NCBI GenBank assembly: GCA_913061285.1
Contig: CAJXVR010000001.1
Coordinates: 4,554-68,553, forward strand
Origin: an uncultured Verrucomicrobiota bacterium
GTDB taxonomy: Bacteria; Verrucomicrobiota; Verrucomicrobiia; Limisphaerales; AAA164-E04
DNA: 64,000 nucleotides
Direction: 5' to 3'
A program made the position numbers and the translations under genes. Of this stretch, positions 53,857 to 63,171 are shown one piece after another. The notes under the pieces were generated by a model. It was not told the origin of the DNA, made no database searches, and was given only the letters and a program-made list of their open reading frames with translations. Positions within the stretch are counted from its first letter, which is position 1. Every line of letters starts with the position of its first letter.

Positions 53857-56652
53857 GTGCCAGAAGACGTCTCTCAATCAAATCAGAAACCGCGGCGAAA
53901 GTATGTCCGGGCTATCGGGCCCCGACTGCGTGTCATCCTCCTCGTCGTGTTTGGGCTCGTGGCTCTCCTTGGGGCCAATTCAGCCTACTTAGCGAGTATC
54001 ACGTTCCTAGAGTGGTATCGAGGCGAAACTTATCAGAATTACTTCTACCAATTCATGTTTCTGGGGCATTTGGTCCTTGGGATCATGCTCCTGGCTCCGT
54101 TCATAGCTTTTGGTATCGGCCATATCAAGAACGCGTACAATCGTCCCAATCGGCGAGCGGTGAGGGTGGGGTATGCCCTTTTTGGCGTGAGCCTCGCTTT
54201 GCTTTTTACCGGGGTTGCCTTGATGCGAGTGGAGGGGTTCGAGATCAAGAATCCCAGTACGCGATCGATGGCCTATTGGATCCATATCCTGAGTCCGCTG
54301 TTGGCTGTTTGGCTTTATGTTCTCCATCGGCTGGCTGGTCCTAGGATAAAGTGGCGGGTTGGCTTGACCTGGGCAGGTGCTGTTGGAGTGGTGGTTGCTG
54401 GGATGGTTTTCTTTCACTCTCAAGATCCCCGACAGTGGAATGTTGTCGGCCCTAAGGAAGGGGCTCAATATTTTGAACCCTCGCTGGCTCGAACAGCCAG
54501 TGGGAACTTTATTCCTGCCGATACTTTGATGATGGATGAGTATTGTATGGAATGTCATCCGGATGCTTATGAGGGCTGGTTTCACAGTGCTCACCATTTC
54601 AGTTCATTCAATAACGAACCCTATCTGTTCAGTATCAAGCAGACTCGCGAGGTGATGAAGGAACGGGATGGCAACGTGAAAGCGTCTCGTTGGTGTGCGG
54701 GTTGTCACGATCTTGTCCCGTTTTTCAGTGGTGCCTTTGATGATCCTGACTTTGACATGGAGAATCATCCGACGGCCAAGGCTGGAATCACCTGCACTGC
54801 CTGTCATGCAATCACGAATGTGAACAGCCCGCGAGGGAATGCTGATTACACCATTGAAGAGCCGGTCCATTATCCCTTCGCGAAGAGTGAGAATCGATGG
54901 CTCAAATTCATTAACCGTCAGATGGTCAAAGCGAAGCCTGAGTTTCACAAGAAGACTTTTTTGAAGCCGCTCCATAAGTCTGCTGAGTTCTGTTCGACCT
55001 GTCACAAGGTGAGTTTGCCGAAGGAAGTGACTCACTATAAGGACTGGCTGCGGGGGCAGAATCATTATGATAATTTTCTTGTGAGCGGCGTCTCAGGGGG
55101 GAATGCCAAATCGTTCTACTACCCACCCAAGGCACAGGAGAATTGTAATGGCTGTCACATGCCCTTGAAGGAATCGAATGATTTTGGTGCTGGCTTTTTT
55201 GGAACGACAGGAGCCTTGTCGATTCATGATCATCTGTTCCCCGGTGGCAACACGGGTGTTCCGGCCATTCGTAAGGATCATGAGTCCGTGCTGGCACAAC
55301 AAGAGATTCTAAAAGACTCAGTGCGAGTGGATTTGTTCGGGATTCGTGAAGGGGGAACGATTGATGGTGATCTCATTGCCCCGTTGGAATCTGGCTCGAT
55401 CTCTCTAAGCCCCGGGAAAACCTATTTGCTCGAAGTTGTCTTGCGAACGCTCACCGTCGGGCATCTTTTCACGCAGGGCACGGCCGATTCCAACGAGGTG
55501 TGGGTGGATGTGGAAGCGAAATCGGGGGCTAAGACCTTGGGACGCAATGGTGGTCTAGGTGACTTTAATCAAGTGGATCCTTGGTCGCACTTTGTCAATG
55601 TCTACATGCTCGATAAGCACGGTAATCGAATTGATCGCCGGAATGCTGAGGATATCTTTACGCCCCTTTATAACAATCAGATCCCTCCTGGCGCAGCGAG
55701 CGTTCTCCACTACCGCCTAGAAATACCGGCAGACCATGTGGGCCCTGTTGAGCTCTCAGCCACATTGAAGTATCGCAAGTTTGATACGACTTACATGCAG
55801 CATATTTACGGTCTAGATCATACGAATGAACTTCCGATTACCATCATTGGCGAAGATCGGATCCGGCTTTCAGTGACTGAGGACGACACGCAGTCTGAGG
55901 CGGTAGATGCCTCAGTAGCTGGGCCTGTGATTCCGACCTGGCAGCGTTGGAATGATTATGGCATTGGGCTTTTGCTCAAGAGTGGTGCGGGGAGCGAGAA
56001 AGGGCAATTGCGGCAGGCCGAAGAAGCCTTTCTGGAGGTAGAGAAGCTTCAGCGGCCCGATGGACCATTAAATCTTGCTCGGGTCTTTCTTAAGGAAGGG
56101 CGGGTGACAGAGGCTGTGGAGGCCCTTCAGCGGGCAGCGTCCTTCGATCCGCCGGCCCCTCAGTGGACGCTCGCCTGGTTCAACGCTCTGGTGAACAAGC
56201 AGAACGGTCGCTTTGATGAAGCCATTCGTGAGTTAAAAGGAATTCTTGAGGATCGCTATGCTGAGCTCATGGACCGGGGATTTGATTTCTCTAAGGATTA
56301 TCACGTTATCAATGAACTTGGCCTGACCTACTATGCAAAGTCCACGACACTCCGAGCTCAGCCCGAACAACGGAAGGCAATGCTAGAAATGGCCGTAGCC
56401 ACCTTTCACAAGACCTTAGCGCTTGATCCAGAAAACGAGACGGCTCACCACAATCTTGGAATCATATATTCGATCCTTGAGAATGAGCCTGATGCGGCCA
56501 AGCACCGCAGCTTGCATGAACGCTATCGGGTCGACAACAACGCTCGCGATCAGGTGATCGCCATCGCTCGGGAGAATAATCCAGCGGCTCGAAATGCTGC
56601 GCAACCTGTTGTCATTTATGACCTTCATCGGTCGGGAGCGCCGGGGCTTTGA
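53857..56652 (+). CDS. Membrane-anchored multiheme (5x CxxCH) cytochrome c fused to C-terminal TPR repeats
   Basis: GTG start with AGGAGG 7 nt upstream. Five N-terminal hydrophobic helices are followed by CMECH, CAGCH, CTACH, CSTCH and CNGCH. The C-terminal ~250 aa have a TPR-like pattern (AEEAFLEV..., ALDPENETAHHNLGIIY). Confidence 0.8.
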   Translation: MPEDVSQSNQKPRRKYVRAIGPRLRVILLVVFGLVALLGANSAYLASITFLEWYRGETYQNYFYQFMFLGHLVLGIMLLAPFIAFGIGHIKNAYNRPNRRAVRVGYALFGVSLALLFTGVALMRVEGFEIKNPSTRSMAYWIHILSPLLAVWLYVLHRLAGPRIKWRVGLTWAGAVGVVVAGMVFFHSQDPRQWNVVGPKEGAQYFEPSLARTASGNFIPADTLMMDEYCMECHPDAYEGWFHSAHHFSSFNNEPYLFSIKQTREVMKERDGNVKASRWCAGCHDLVPFFSGAFDDPDFDMENHPTAKAGITCTACHAITNVNSPRGNADYTIEEPVHYPFAKSENRWLKFINRQMVKAKPEFHKKTFLKPLHKSAEFCSTCHKVSLPKEVTHYKDWLRGQNHYDNFLVSGVSGGNAKSFYYPPKAQENCNGCHMPLKESNDFGAGFFGTTGALSIHDHLFPGGNTGVPAIRKDHESVLAQQEILKDSVRVDLFGIREGGTIDGDLIAPLESGSISLSPGKTYLLEVVLRTLTVGHLFTQGTADSNEVWVDVEAKSGAKTLGRNGGLGDFNQVDPWSHFVNVYMLDKHGNRIDRRNAEDIFTPLYNNQIPPGAASVLHYRLEIPADHVGPVELSATLKYRKFDTTYMQHIYGLDHTNELPITIIGEDRIRLSVTEDDTQSEAVDASVAGPVIPTWQRWNDYGIGLLLKSGAGSEKGQLRQAEEAFLEVEKLQRPDGPLNLARVFLKEGRVTEAVEALQRAASFDPPAPQWTLAWFNALVNKQNGRFDEAIRELKGILEDRYAELMDRGFDFSKDYHVINELGLTYYAKSTTLRAQPEQRKAMLEMAVATFHKTLALDPENETAHHNLGIIYSILENEPDAAKHRSLHERYRVDNNARDQVIAIARENNPAARNAAQPVVIYDLHRSGAPGL

Positions 56653-56781
56653 GGGCGATGAGAGACGATCGTGTCCTCTGTTGGAATTCTGCGACGAGTA
56701 AGGCTGGTTCTCTCTCCCTCCCGTTCGCTTACCCACTCGGAATGGGTTGATTGGTCCCGGTTTCTGCTATAAATCAAGGCC

Positions 56782-58632
56782 ATGCCAGATTCTGATATCG
56801 ATGCGGAAGAAAACGCGGAAATCACTGATCATGCCGATGATGCCGTGATTGGGCGGGCCTTCCGGTGGTCAGCAATTGCTTTTGGAACGATCGTGGTGAT
56901 TGTCGGGATTGGAGTCTATATCGTCACTCGCCCTCCTGAACAGGGTGCTGACAAAGTCACCGCGATCGTCGCTCCCGAAACTCCAGAACAGTTGTCTGCT
57001 ACGGTCCCGACCGTCCGCTTTGCCGATATCACCACGGCTGCTGGAATTGATTTCATCCATAACAACGGTGCTGCTGGAGAAAAACTGCTTCCGGAGACGA
57101 TGGGTGGAGGCGTCGCATTCTTTGATTTTGATGGGGACGACGACCAGGATCTCCTTTTTATCAATGGTACCTCGTGGCCAAATGCCGCTCTGGCGAAGGT
57201 CAGCACTGCCAAGCTTTATGCGAATGATGGCACGGGCAACTTCACCGATGTCACGAGTGGATCAGGTCTGGATGTTCCTCTATACGGAATGGGCGTTGCC
57301 ATCGGAGACTATAATCGGGATGGGAAGCCTGATGTGTATGTCACGGCAGTCGGGGCCAATCGGCTCTTCAAGAATGTCGGTGAAGGTCGTTTCTTGGACG
57401 TCACCGAGGAGAGCGGAACCGGAGGGGCGTCTTCCGATTGGAGTACTTGCGCCAGTTGGTTCGATTACGATAACGATGGCGATCTTGACCTTTTTGTCGG
57501 CAACTATGTGAGGTGGACCAAGGAGATTGATTTTCAGTTGGGCAGCACCTTAGTTGGTTTGGGGCGTGCTTATGGTCAACCGATGAATTTTGAAGGATCC
57601 TTTCCTTCGCTATTTCGAAATGATGGCGATGGGAGTTTCGCTGATGTTTCCGAGGAGAGTGGAATCCGAGTGGCTAACAAAGCGACGGGAGTTCCCGTCG
57701 CGAAATCTCTGGGAGTGGCTCCGGTCGATCTTAATCGGGACGGATGGATGGACCTGGTAATTGCTAACGATACAGTACGCAACTTTGTTCTCAGTAACCG
57801 GTGGGATCAAACCTTCAAGGAAGTGGGTTCGTTGACTGGGCTTGCCTATGATACCTACGGGAAAGCACGGGGGGCGATGGGCATTGATACCGCTCGCTAT
57901 CGTGATGACGGAGCCTTGGCAGTTGGGATCGGAAACTTCGCCAACGAAATGACAGCCCTATACGTGGAGCAGAGTCGGCCCATGATCTTTACCGATGAAG
58001 CGATCCCTGCGGGCATTGGTCCAGCGAGTCGCTTGTTATTGAAATTTGGTCTCTTCTTTTTTGATTACGATTTGGATGGATGGCAAGATCTGCTGACGGC
58101 GAATGGCCATCTTGAAGAAGAGATTTCGCAGATTCAGAAAAGCCAGCAGTATGAGCAACCGGCACAATTGTTTTGGAATAGTGGCGCTGATTTTGGGTGC
58201 CAGTTTATTGAGGTGACAAGCGAACAGGCAGGAGAGAGTTTGTTTGAACCTATCGTTGGTCGAGGGTCTGCGTTTGCTGATATTGATGCTGATGGTGATC
58301 TCGACTTTGTTGTTTCACAGATCAACGCGGCGCCCCGGTTGTTTCGAAATGATCAGAACTTGGAGCATGATTGGATTCGAATCCGCCTTGAAGGAACCAA
58401 CCAGAATCGGGATGGCATCGGCGCGTGGATCAAGGTGACGGTTGATGGAGACGTGCTGTGGCGGCAAGTGATGCCAACTCGCAGTTACCTGTCTCAGTCT
58501 GAGCTTCCGGTCACGATCGGCCTTGGAAAGGGCTCGGTGATCGAGAAAGTCGAAATCATTTGGCCAGGTGGCAAAGTTCAGGAGATCTCCGAGGTGCCCT
58601 TACGGCAATTGACCGTTATCGTGGAGGAATGA
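56782..58632 (+). CDS. CRTAC1-like FG-GAP/VCBS repeat protein with a UnbV_ASPIC C-terminal domain
   Basis: N-terminal helix AIAFGTIVVIVGIGVYIV. Six Ca-binding-like repeats include DFDGDDDQDLLF, DYNRDGKPDVYV, DYDNDGDLDLFV and DIDADGDLDFVV. The C-terminus NRDGIGAWIKV...SYLSQSE...WPGG is typical of ASPIC/UnbV. Confidence 0.85.
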   Translation: MPDSDIDAEENAEITDHADDAVIGRAFRWSAIAFGTIVVIVGIGVYIVTRPPEQGADKVTAIVAPETPEQLSATVPTVRFADITTAAGIDFIHNNGAAGEKLLPETMGGGVAFFDFDGDDDQDLLFINGTSWPNAALAKVSTAKLYANDGTGNFTDVTSGSGLDVPLYGMGVAIGDYNRDGKPDVYVTAVGANRLFKNVGEGRFLDVTEESGTGGASSDWSTCASWFDYDNDGDLDLFVGNYVRWTKEIDFQLGSTLVGLGRAYGQPMNFEGSFPSLFRNDGDGSFADVSEESGIRVANKATGVPVAKSLGVAPVDLNRDGWMDLVIANDTVRNFVLSNRWDQTFKEVGSLTGLAYDTYGKARGAMGIDTARYRDDGALAVGIGNFANEMTALYVEQSRPMIFTDEAIPAGIGPASRLLLKFGLFFFDYDLDGWQDLLTANGHLEEEISQIQKSQQYEQPAQLFWNSGADFGCQFIEVTSEQAGESLFEPIVGRGSAFADIDADGDLDFVVSQINAAPRLFRNDQNLEHDWIRIRLEGTNQNRDGIGAWIKVTVDGDVLWRQVMPTRSYLSQSELPVTIGLGKGSVIEKVEIIWPGGKVQEISEVPLRQLTVIVEE

Positions 58633-58686
58633 TTCGAAGGCACGGTTTGATAACTAGAAGGCGTAGGCAAAAATCCTGAGGGTCGC

Positions 58687-61600
58687 GTGGCGGTTAGAAA
58701 ACCAACAAACACGGATTCCTTCCAGGCGCGGTTCGCTACCTCCGAGCTCGTTGCTTCCCTGCGTTCAGAGTTGGCGAATTCCGAGGCGCTAGAGCACGCT
58801 GATCTTGCCTCTTCCTCCTGGGCATTTTTGGCGGCATTGATTCATCGAATCGAACCGATGGCTCCTGTGCTGATGGTGAGTCCTGGCCTCAAGCAACAGG
58901 AGGGGCTTCACCAAGATCTTCAAACCTGGCTAGCTTGGCTCGGAGACGCTTCGCGGGAAACCAAAACTACAGACTCACCCGAAACTCCAGAATTTTTCCC
59001 TGCCTGGGAAACACTTCCTCATGAGGCGAAGTTGTCCCATGCGGATGTGATCAGTGAGCGGATAGAAACCTTGCTCGCATTTCATGCCTTTGCGAGTGGG
59101 GCGAGCGCTCGTGCGCCAATCACGGTAACGAACGTTGTCGCCCTGCTTCAAAAGACCTTTCCGCCCTGCTTGTTTCAAGAACGTCTCAAGAGGGTCGAGA
59201 TTGGGCAGGATCTAGATCCGTTAGATCTTGTGGAATGGTTGGAAACGCAGGCTTTCGAGCCTGAAGCGAAGGTGACTCAGAAGGGCGATCTTGCTCTTCG
59301 CGGTGGCATCGTAGATGTCTTTCCCTTGGCGAGTCCCTGGCCAGTAAGGATTGAATTCTTCGGTAATGAAGTGGAGTCGATTCGATACTTCGATCCTCAG
59401 ACCCAAATGTCGTTGGAGAAGATTGATTCCGTTATTCTGTCACCGGCGGGCGAATTCGGGATCCTTCTGAGAGAAATGGGTGACGGCACTGAATCAGCGA
59501 AAAAGGCCTGTGTAGCCAGTCTGTTGGATTATCTGCCCCCGTCGACGATTCTAATTGTTTGTGACCATGCGGCGATTGATGAATTTGCCAGCAATTATCA
59601 GCGGCAGATTCCTAATGATGATCCCTTCTCTCAAGACTGGGGCGAAGTCTTGTCCCAGGCTCAGGAGAAGGGCTTTAGAGTTCTTGATTGGTCCTCTCGT
59701 ATTTCGGAGGAGTTGGTGGCGCCCGTGGATGTTGATACGGGGCAAATCGTTGAAGGATCACCGGAAGGACTGTCGTCCAAGATTCCGGTCTTTGAAGATC
59801 TGGAGCAGTTTCGCCCACTCGACACGCGTGCGCCGGTACTTCAGGTCGCAGAACAACAGAGACAACAATTCTTTGAGCAGATGCATCGTTGGTTACGCCA
59901 AGGGTATCAACTGGATGTGTTCTGCAATAACGACGGGGAACGAGATCGGTTTAAGGAAATCTGGGAGGAATTTGGTTGGTCCCAAGAGAGCTTTGACGGC
60001 GTGCTTCGTATCGAAATAGGCATGCTTGGTCGGGGGTTCCTAGTGGAGTCCCGTAAGTGGGTGGTTGTGACCGATGCTGAGATTTTTGGAAGGTATAAAG
60101 TGCAGCGACCAAGGCGCTTGAAGTCCAAACATGCGGTGGCGGTCAAATCGGCGCTTGAGATCGATTTCTCCGATCTGGTTGAGGGCGATTACGTGGTTCA
60201 CCTTCAACACGGCATTGGGAGGTTTGTTGGCTTGCAACAACTCGATCCGGTTGGTCGTAGTACGGACCCGTCTGAGGAAACGGTCAAAGGGGGCGCTGGA
60301 CCGGAGTGTTTGGTGATTGAGTATGCTGCCAAGGACCCTAAACAGGCGGCTCCGAAACTCTATGTCCCGGTCACCGAAGCGCATTTGGTCAGCAAGTATG
60401 TCGGGGCAGGGAAAGCATCTCCCCAACTCAATACCTTGGGAGGGACTCGGTGGACGAAAGCCAAGGCCCAGGCCGAGAAGGCGGTAGTTGATTTAGCCGG
60501 AGAGATGCTGGCGATTCAAGCGGCCCGAGAGTCGGAAGAGGGATATCCGTTTCCACCTGATACGAACTGGCAACGCGAGTTCGAAGGGGCTTTTCTGTAC
60601 GAGGAAACCGTGGATCAATTGACTGCGATTGAGCACTCCAAGAAAGACATGGAGTCTTCGAGACCCATGGATCGCTTGATTTGTGGCGATGTTGGCTTTG
60701 GTAAGACCGAGGTGGCCATTCGAGCGGCCTTTAAAGCGGTGATGAGCGGGAAACAAGTTGCCATGTTAGTTCCCACGACGGTCCTGGCACAACAGCACTA
60801 TAAGAACCTGGCTGAGCGGATGGTGGACTATCCTATTCGAGTCGAATTACTTTCACGGTTCCAGAAGAAGAAAGAATCCAACAACACCCTTCAAGAACTT
60901 GCTGTGGGGGCAGTGGATATTATCGTGGGAACTCATCGCTTGGTGCAGGACGATGTGACCTTTAAGGACTTGGGCTTAGTGATTATTGACGAAGAACAGC
61001 GCTTTGGGGTTGTTCATAAAGACAAGTTCAAGATGTTGCGAAAGCTTGTTGATGTGCTGACGCTGAGTGCGACTCCGATTCCTCGGACGCTCCATATGGC
61101 GCTGATAGGTGCTCGGGATATGAGTACCATTGAAACCGCTCCTCACGACCGCCTCCCGGTCGAGACCATCGTGACCCAGTATGATGAGCGAACCATTCGC
61201 GACGCCATCCAACGAGAGCTCAATCGGCAAGGCCAAGTGTATTTTCTTCACAACCGAGTCGTTTCGATCGAATCCGTGGCTGAGAAGATTCGGCAGCTTG
61301 TCCCTTCGGCACGGGTTGTCGTCGGGCATGGGCAATTGGATTCTCGTTCTCTGGAGCGAGTTATGGCGACGTTTGTGAATGGAGAGGCGGATGTGCTGGT
61401 CTCTACCACGATCATTGAGAGTGGCTTAGATATTCCCAATGCGAATACGATCCTGATCGATCGTGCGGATCGGTTCGGTTTGAGTGATCTGTATCAATTG
61501 AGAGGGCGTGTGGGACGCTACAAACATCAGGCCTATGCCTATCTAATGATCCCTCGACACGCCGGTCTTCTTTCCGACGCTAGAAAACGAATCACAGCCA

Positions 61601-62328
61601 TGAAGCAGTACTCGCGATTGGGAAGTGGGTTCAAGATTGCGATGCGTGATCTTGAAATTCGGGGCGCTGGAAACATGCTGGGGCCGCAACAAAGCGGTCA
61701 CATCACCGCGGTTGGATTTGAGCTCTATTGCCAACTTCTAAAGCAAAGTGTGGCCGCGTTGAAGGGTGAGACGGTTAAGCCCAGAGTGGAAGTACGCGTG
61801 AATTTCGATTTTCTCTCTCTCAATCCGGGAGAGGAGACCAGCGCTGGGCCAAGCAAGAAGAAACAGGAAACAAAGAAGAAACCGAAGTTCGATATACAGG
61901 TGCCGCGGGAGGATGTCGCCGTTTTTATCGACGATGAGGAACCTGGGGCGGAGGCCGTCGAAGATGAAATGACTCAACGCCACCCCGCTTCTATTCCTTA
62001 TAGCTACGTCTCGGAGGTGCAACAGCGGATCGAGATCTACCGCAAATTGGCTCAAGTGAATGATCATGAGTCGCTCTTGGCCTTGAAGAATGAATTAAAG
62101 GATCGTTTTGGCCCAATACCACCGCCAGTCGAATTGCTCTTGTTGGTAGCTGATATCAAATGGTTGGCGAGCGATCGGGATGTCAGTAGTGTTGAAGCCC
62201 GACGTGGGAAGGTGATGCTGACTCGGAACCGTGATTTGGTGATGGTCGGGGACCGTTTTCCGCGGCTCACAAAGAAGCGCCCAGAGGCTCGGCTAAAAGA
62301 GGTGAAACGCTTGCTCTTGTCGCTTTAG
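58687..62328 (+). CDS. mfd: Transcription-repair coupling factor
   Basis: 1213 aa. CarD/RID-like segment DYVVHLQHGIGRF, helicase motif I GDVGFGKTEVA, motif II IIDEEQRFGV, QLRGRVGR, and a TRCF C-terminal domain. Confidence 0.92.
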   Translation: MAVRKPTNTDSFQARFATSELVASLRSELANSEALEHADLASSSWAFLAALIHRIEPMAPVLMVSPGLKQQEGLHQDLQTWLAWLGDASRETKTTDSPETPEFFPAWETLPHEAKLSHADVISERIETLLAFHAFASGASARAPITVTNVVALLQKTFPPCLFQERLKRVEIGQDLDPLDLVEWLETQAFEPEAKVTQKGDLALRGGIVDVFPLASPWPVRIEFFGNEVESIRYFDPQTQMSLEKIDSVILSPAGEFGILLREMGDGTESAKKACVASLLDYLPPSTILIVCDHAAIDEFASNYQRQIPNDDPFSQDWGEVLSQAQEKGFRVLDWSSRISEELVAPVDVDTGQIVEGSPEGLSSKIPVFEDLEQFRPLDTRAPVLQVAEQQRQQFFEQMHRWLRQGYQLDVFCNNDGERDRFKEIWEEFGWSQESFDGVLRIEIGMLGRGFLVESRKWVVVTDAEIFGRYKVQRPRRLKSKHAVAVKSALEIDFSDLVEGDYVVHLQHGIGRFVGLQQLDPVGRSTDPSEETVKGGAGPECLVIEYAAKDPKQAAPKLYVPVTEAHLVSKYVGAGKASPQLNTLGGTRWTKAKAQAEKAVVDLAGEMLAIQAARESEEGYPFPPDTNWQREFEGAFLYEETVDQLTAIEHSKKDMESSRPMDRLICGDVGFGKTEVAIRAAFKAVMSGKQVAMLVPTTVLAQQHYKNLAERMVDYPIRVELLSRFQKKKESNNTLQELAVGAVDIIVGTHRLVQDDVTFKDLGLVIIDEEQRFGVVHKDKFKMLRKLVDVLTLSATPIPRTLHMALIGARDMSTIETAPHDRLPVETIVTQYDERTIRDAIQRELNRQGQVYFLHNRVVSIESVAEKIRQLVPSARVVVGHGQLDSRSLERVMATFVNGEADVLVSTTIIESGLDIPNANTILIDRADRFGLSDLYQLRGRVGRYKHQAYAYLMIPRHAGLLSDARKRITAMKQYSRLGSGFKIAMRDLEIRGAGNMLGPQQSGHITAVGFELYCQLLKQSVAALKGETVKPRVEVRVNFDFLSLNPGEETSAGPSKKKQETKKKPKFDIQVPREDVAVFIDDEEPGAEAVEDEMTQRHPASIPYSYVSEVQQRIEIYRKLAQVNDHESLLALKNELKDRFGPIPPPVELLLLVADIKWLASDRDVSSVEARRGKVMLTRNRDLVMVGDRFPRLTKKRPEARLKEVKRLLLSL

Positions 62329-62523
62329 GTGAGCGGGCGAGTCGGGGCTCGACATCTGTTCTGCGGTATTGGTATCTGCTGAATACCAATCTCTACGGGC
62401 GATCCACGGTCTAGCACTACTTGCGTTGGTCGTGGGGGCAGCTATTCATTGCAAATGCGTCGATATCAAGCTATGGCTTGGAGAAGAACCTTTCGATCCT
62501 TTGGGTGTTTTAGCTAAAGTGTG

Positions 62524-63084
62524 ATGCCAATGAATTGTTTTGTGCGACGTATAATGACTAATCATCGATCCGCTCACATGCTTCTTCTTCTCTTGCTATT
62601 GGTGGGGGTGAATGATCGCATCATCGCAGCCGAATCCTTTAAATGGAATGCGAAGACAAAGCGTGTTTCCGCTAGTTTTCGTGACTGGCCTTTGGAGAGG
62701 GTGTTGACAGAGATTGCCGTTGCCACGAAATGGCAGGTGAAAATTCCGGAGGACTCTGGGATTGTGGTTTCTGGAACCTACAAGAACTTAGCTCCGTCCT
62801 TGGCCCTGAAGCACATGTTCGGGCACCTCAATTACGCGGTGTTCAGCTCTCCCCGCGGGGGGAAACCTCGATTGCAGGTGTTTCTTCCCAATCCTGCGGG
62901 TCTTGATGATGAAAAGAAGAAGGCTCCGACGCCGGCAAAGAGAACGACCGTTAGCCGGACATCCTCAGGAAAACCCAATTATGCTGATGTGATGAAGCGA
63001 TTTGACAAGAATGGTGACGGTCTGATTAGTAACGACGAACGGGTGGCTGCCAGGGCTGCGCTCGTTCCTGGGGGATCCAAATAA
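62524..63084 (+). CDS. Hypothetical secreted protein with a C-terminal EF-hand-like loop
   Basis: Hydrophobic HMLLLLLLLVGV segment. DKNGDGLISNDE matches the 12-residue EF-hand loop. The start is uncertain (GTG 62521, ATG 62524, 62530 or 62554). Confidence 0.5.
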   Translation: MPMNCFVRRIMTNHRSAHMLLLLLLLVGVNDRIIAAESFKWNAKTKRVSASFRDWPLERVLTEIAVATKWQVKIPEDSGIVVSGTYKNLAPSLALKHMFGHLNYAVFSSPRGGKPRLQVFLPNPAGLDDEKKKAPTPAKRTTVSRTSSGKPNYADVMKRFDKNGDGLISNDERVAARAALVPGGSK

Positions 63085-63171
63085 GGTCGCCGCGTGATTG
63101 GAACTGACCATCGTTTCCCTTTGCACTCGGAGTTCCAAACAGTCCGATGAGAATGCTGATATCCCGATCGA

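Noticed and set aside
62368-62390. Perfect 8-bp hairpin ATTGGTAT/ATACCAAT after mfd, as a terminator or small RNA
   Set aside because: The stem is AT-rich with no following T-tract. It has no tRNA-like features beyond a 7-nt loop, which is insufficient to call a terminator or RNA gene.
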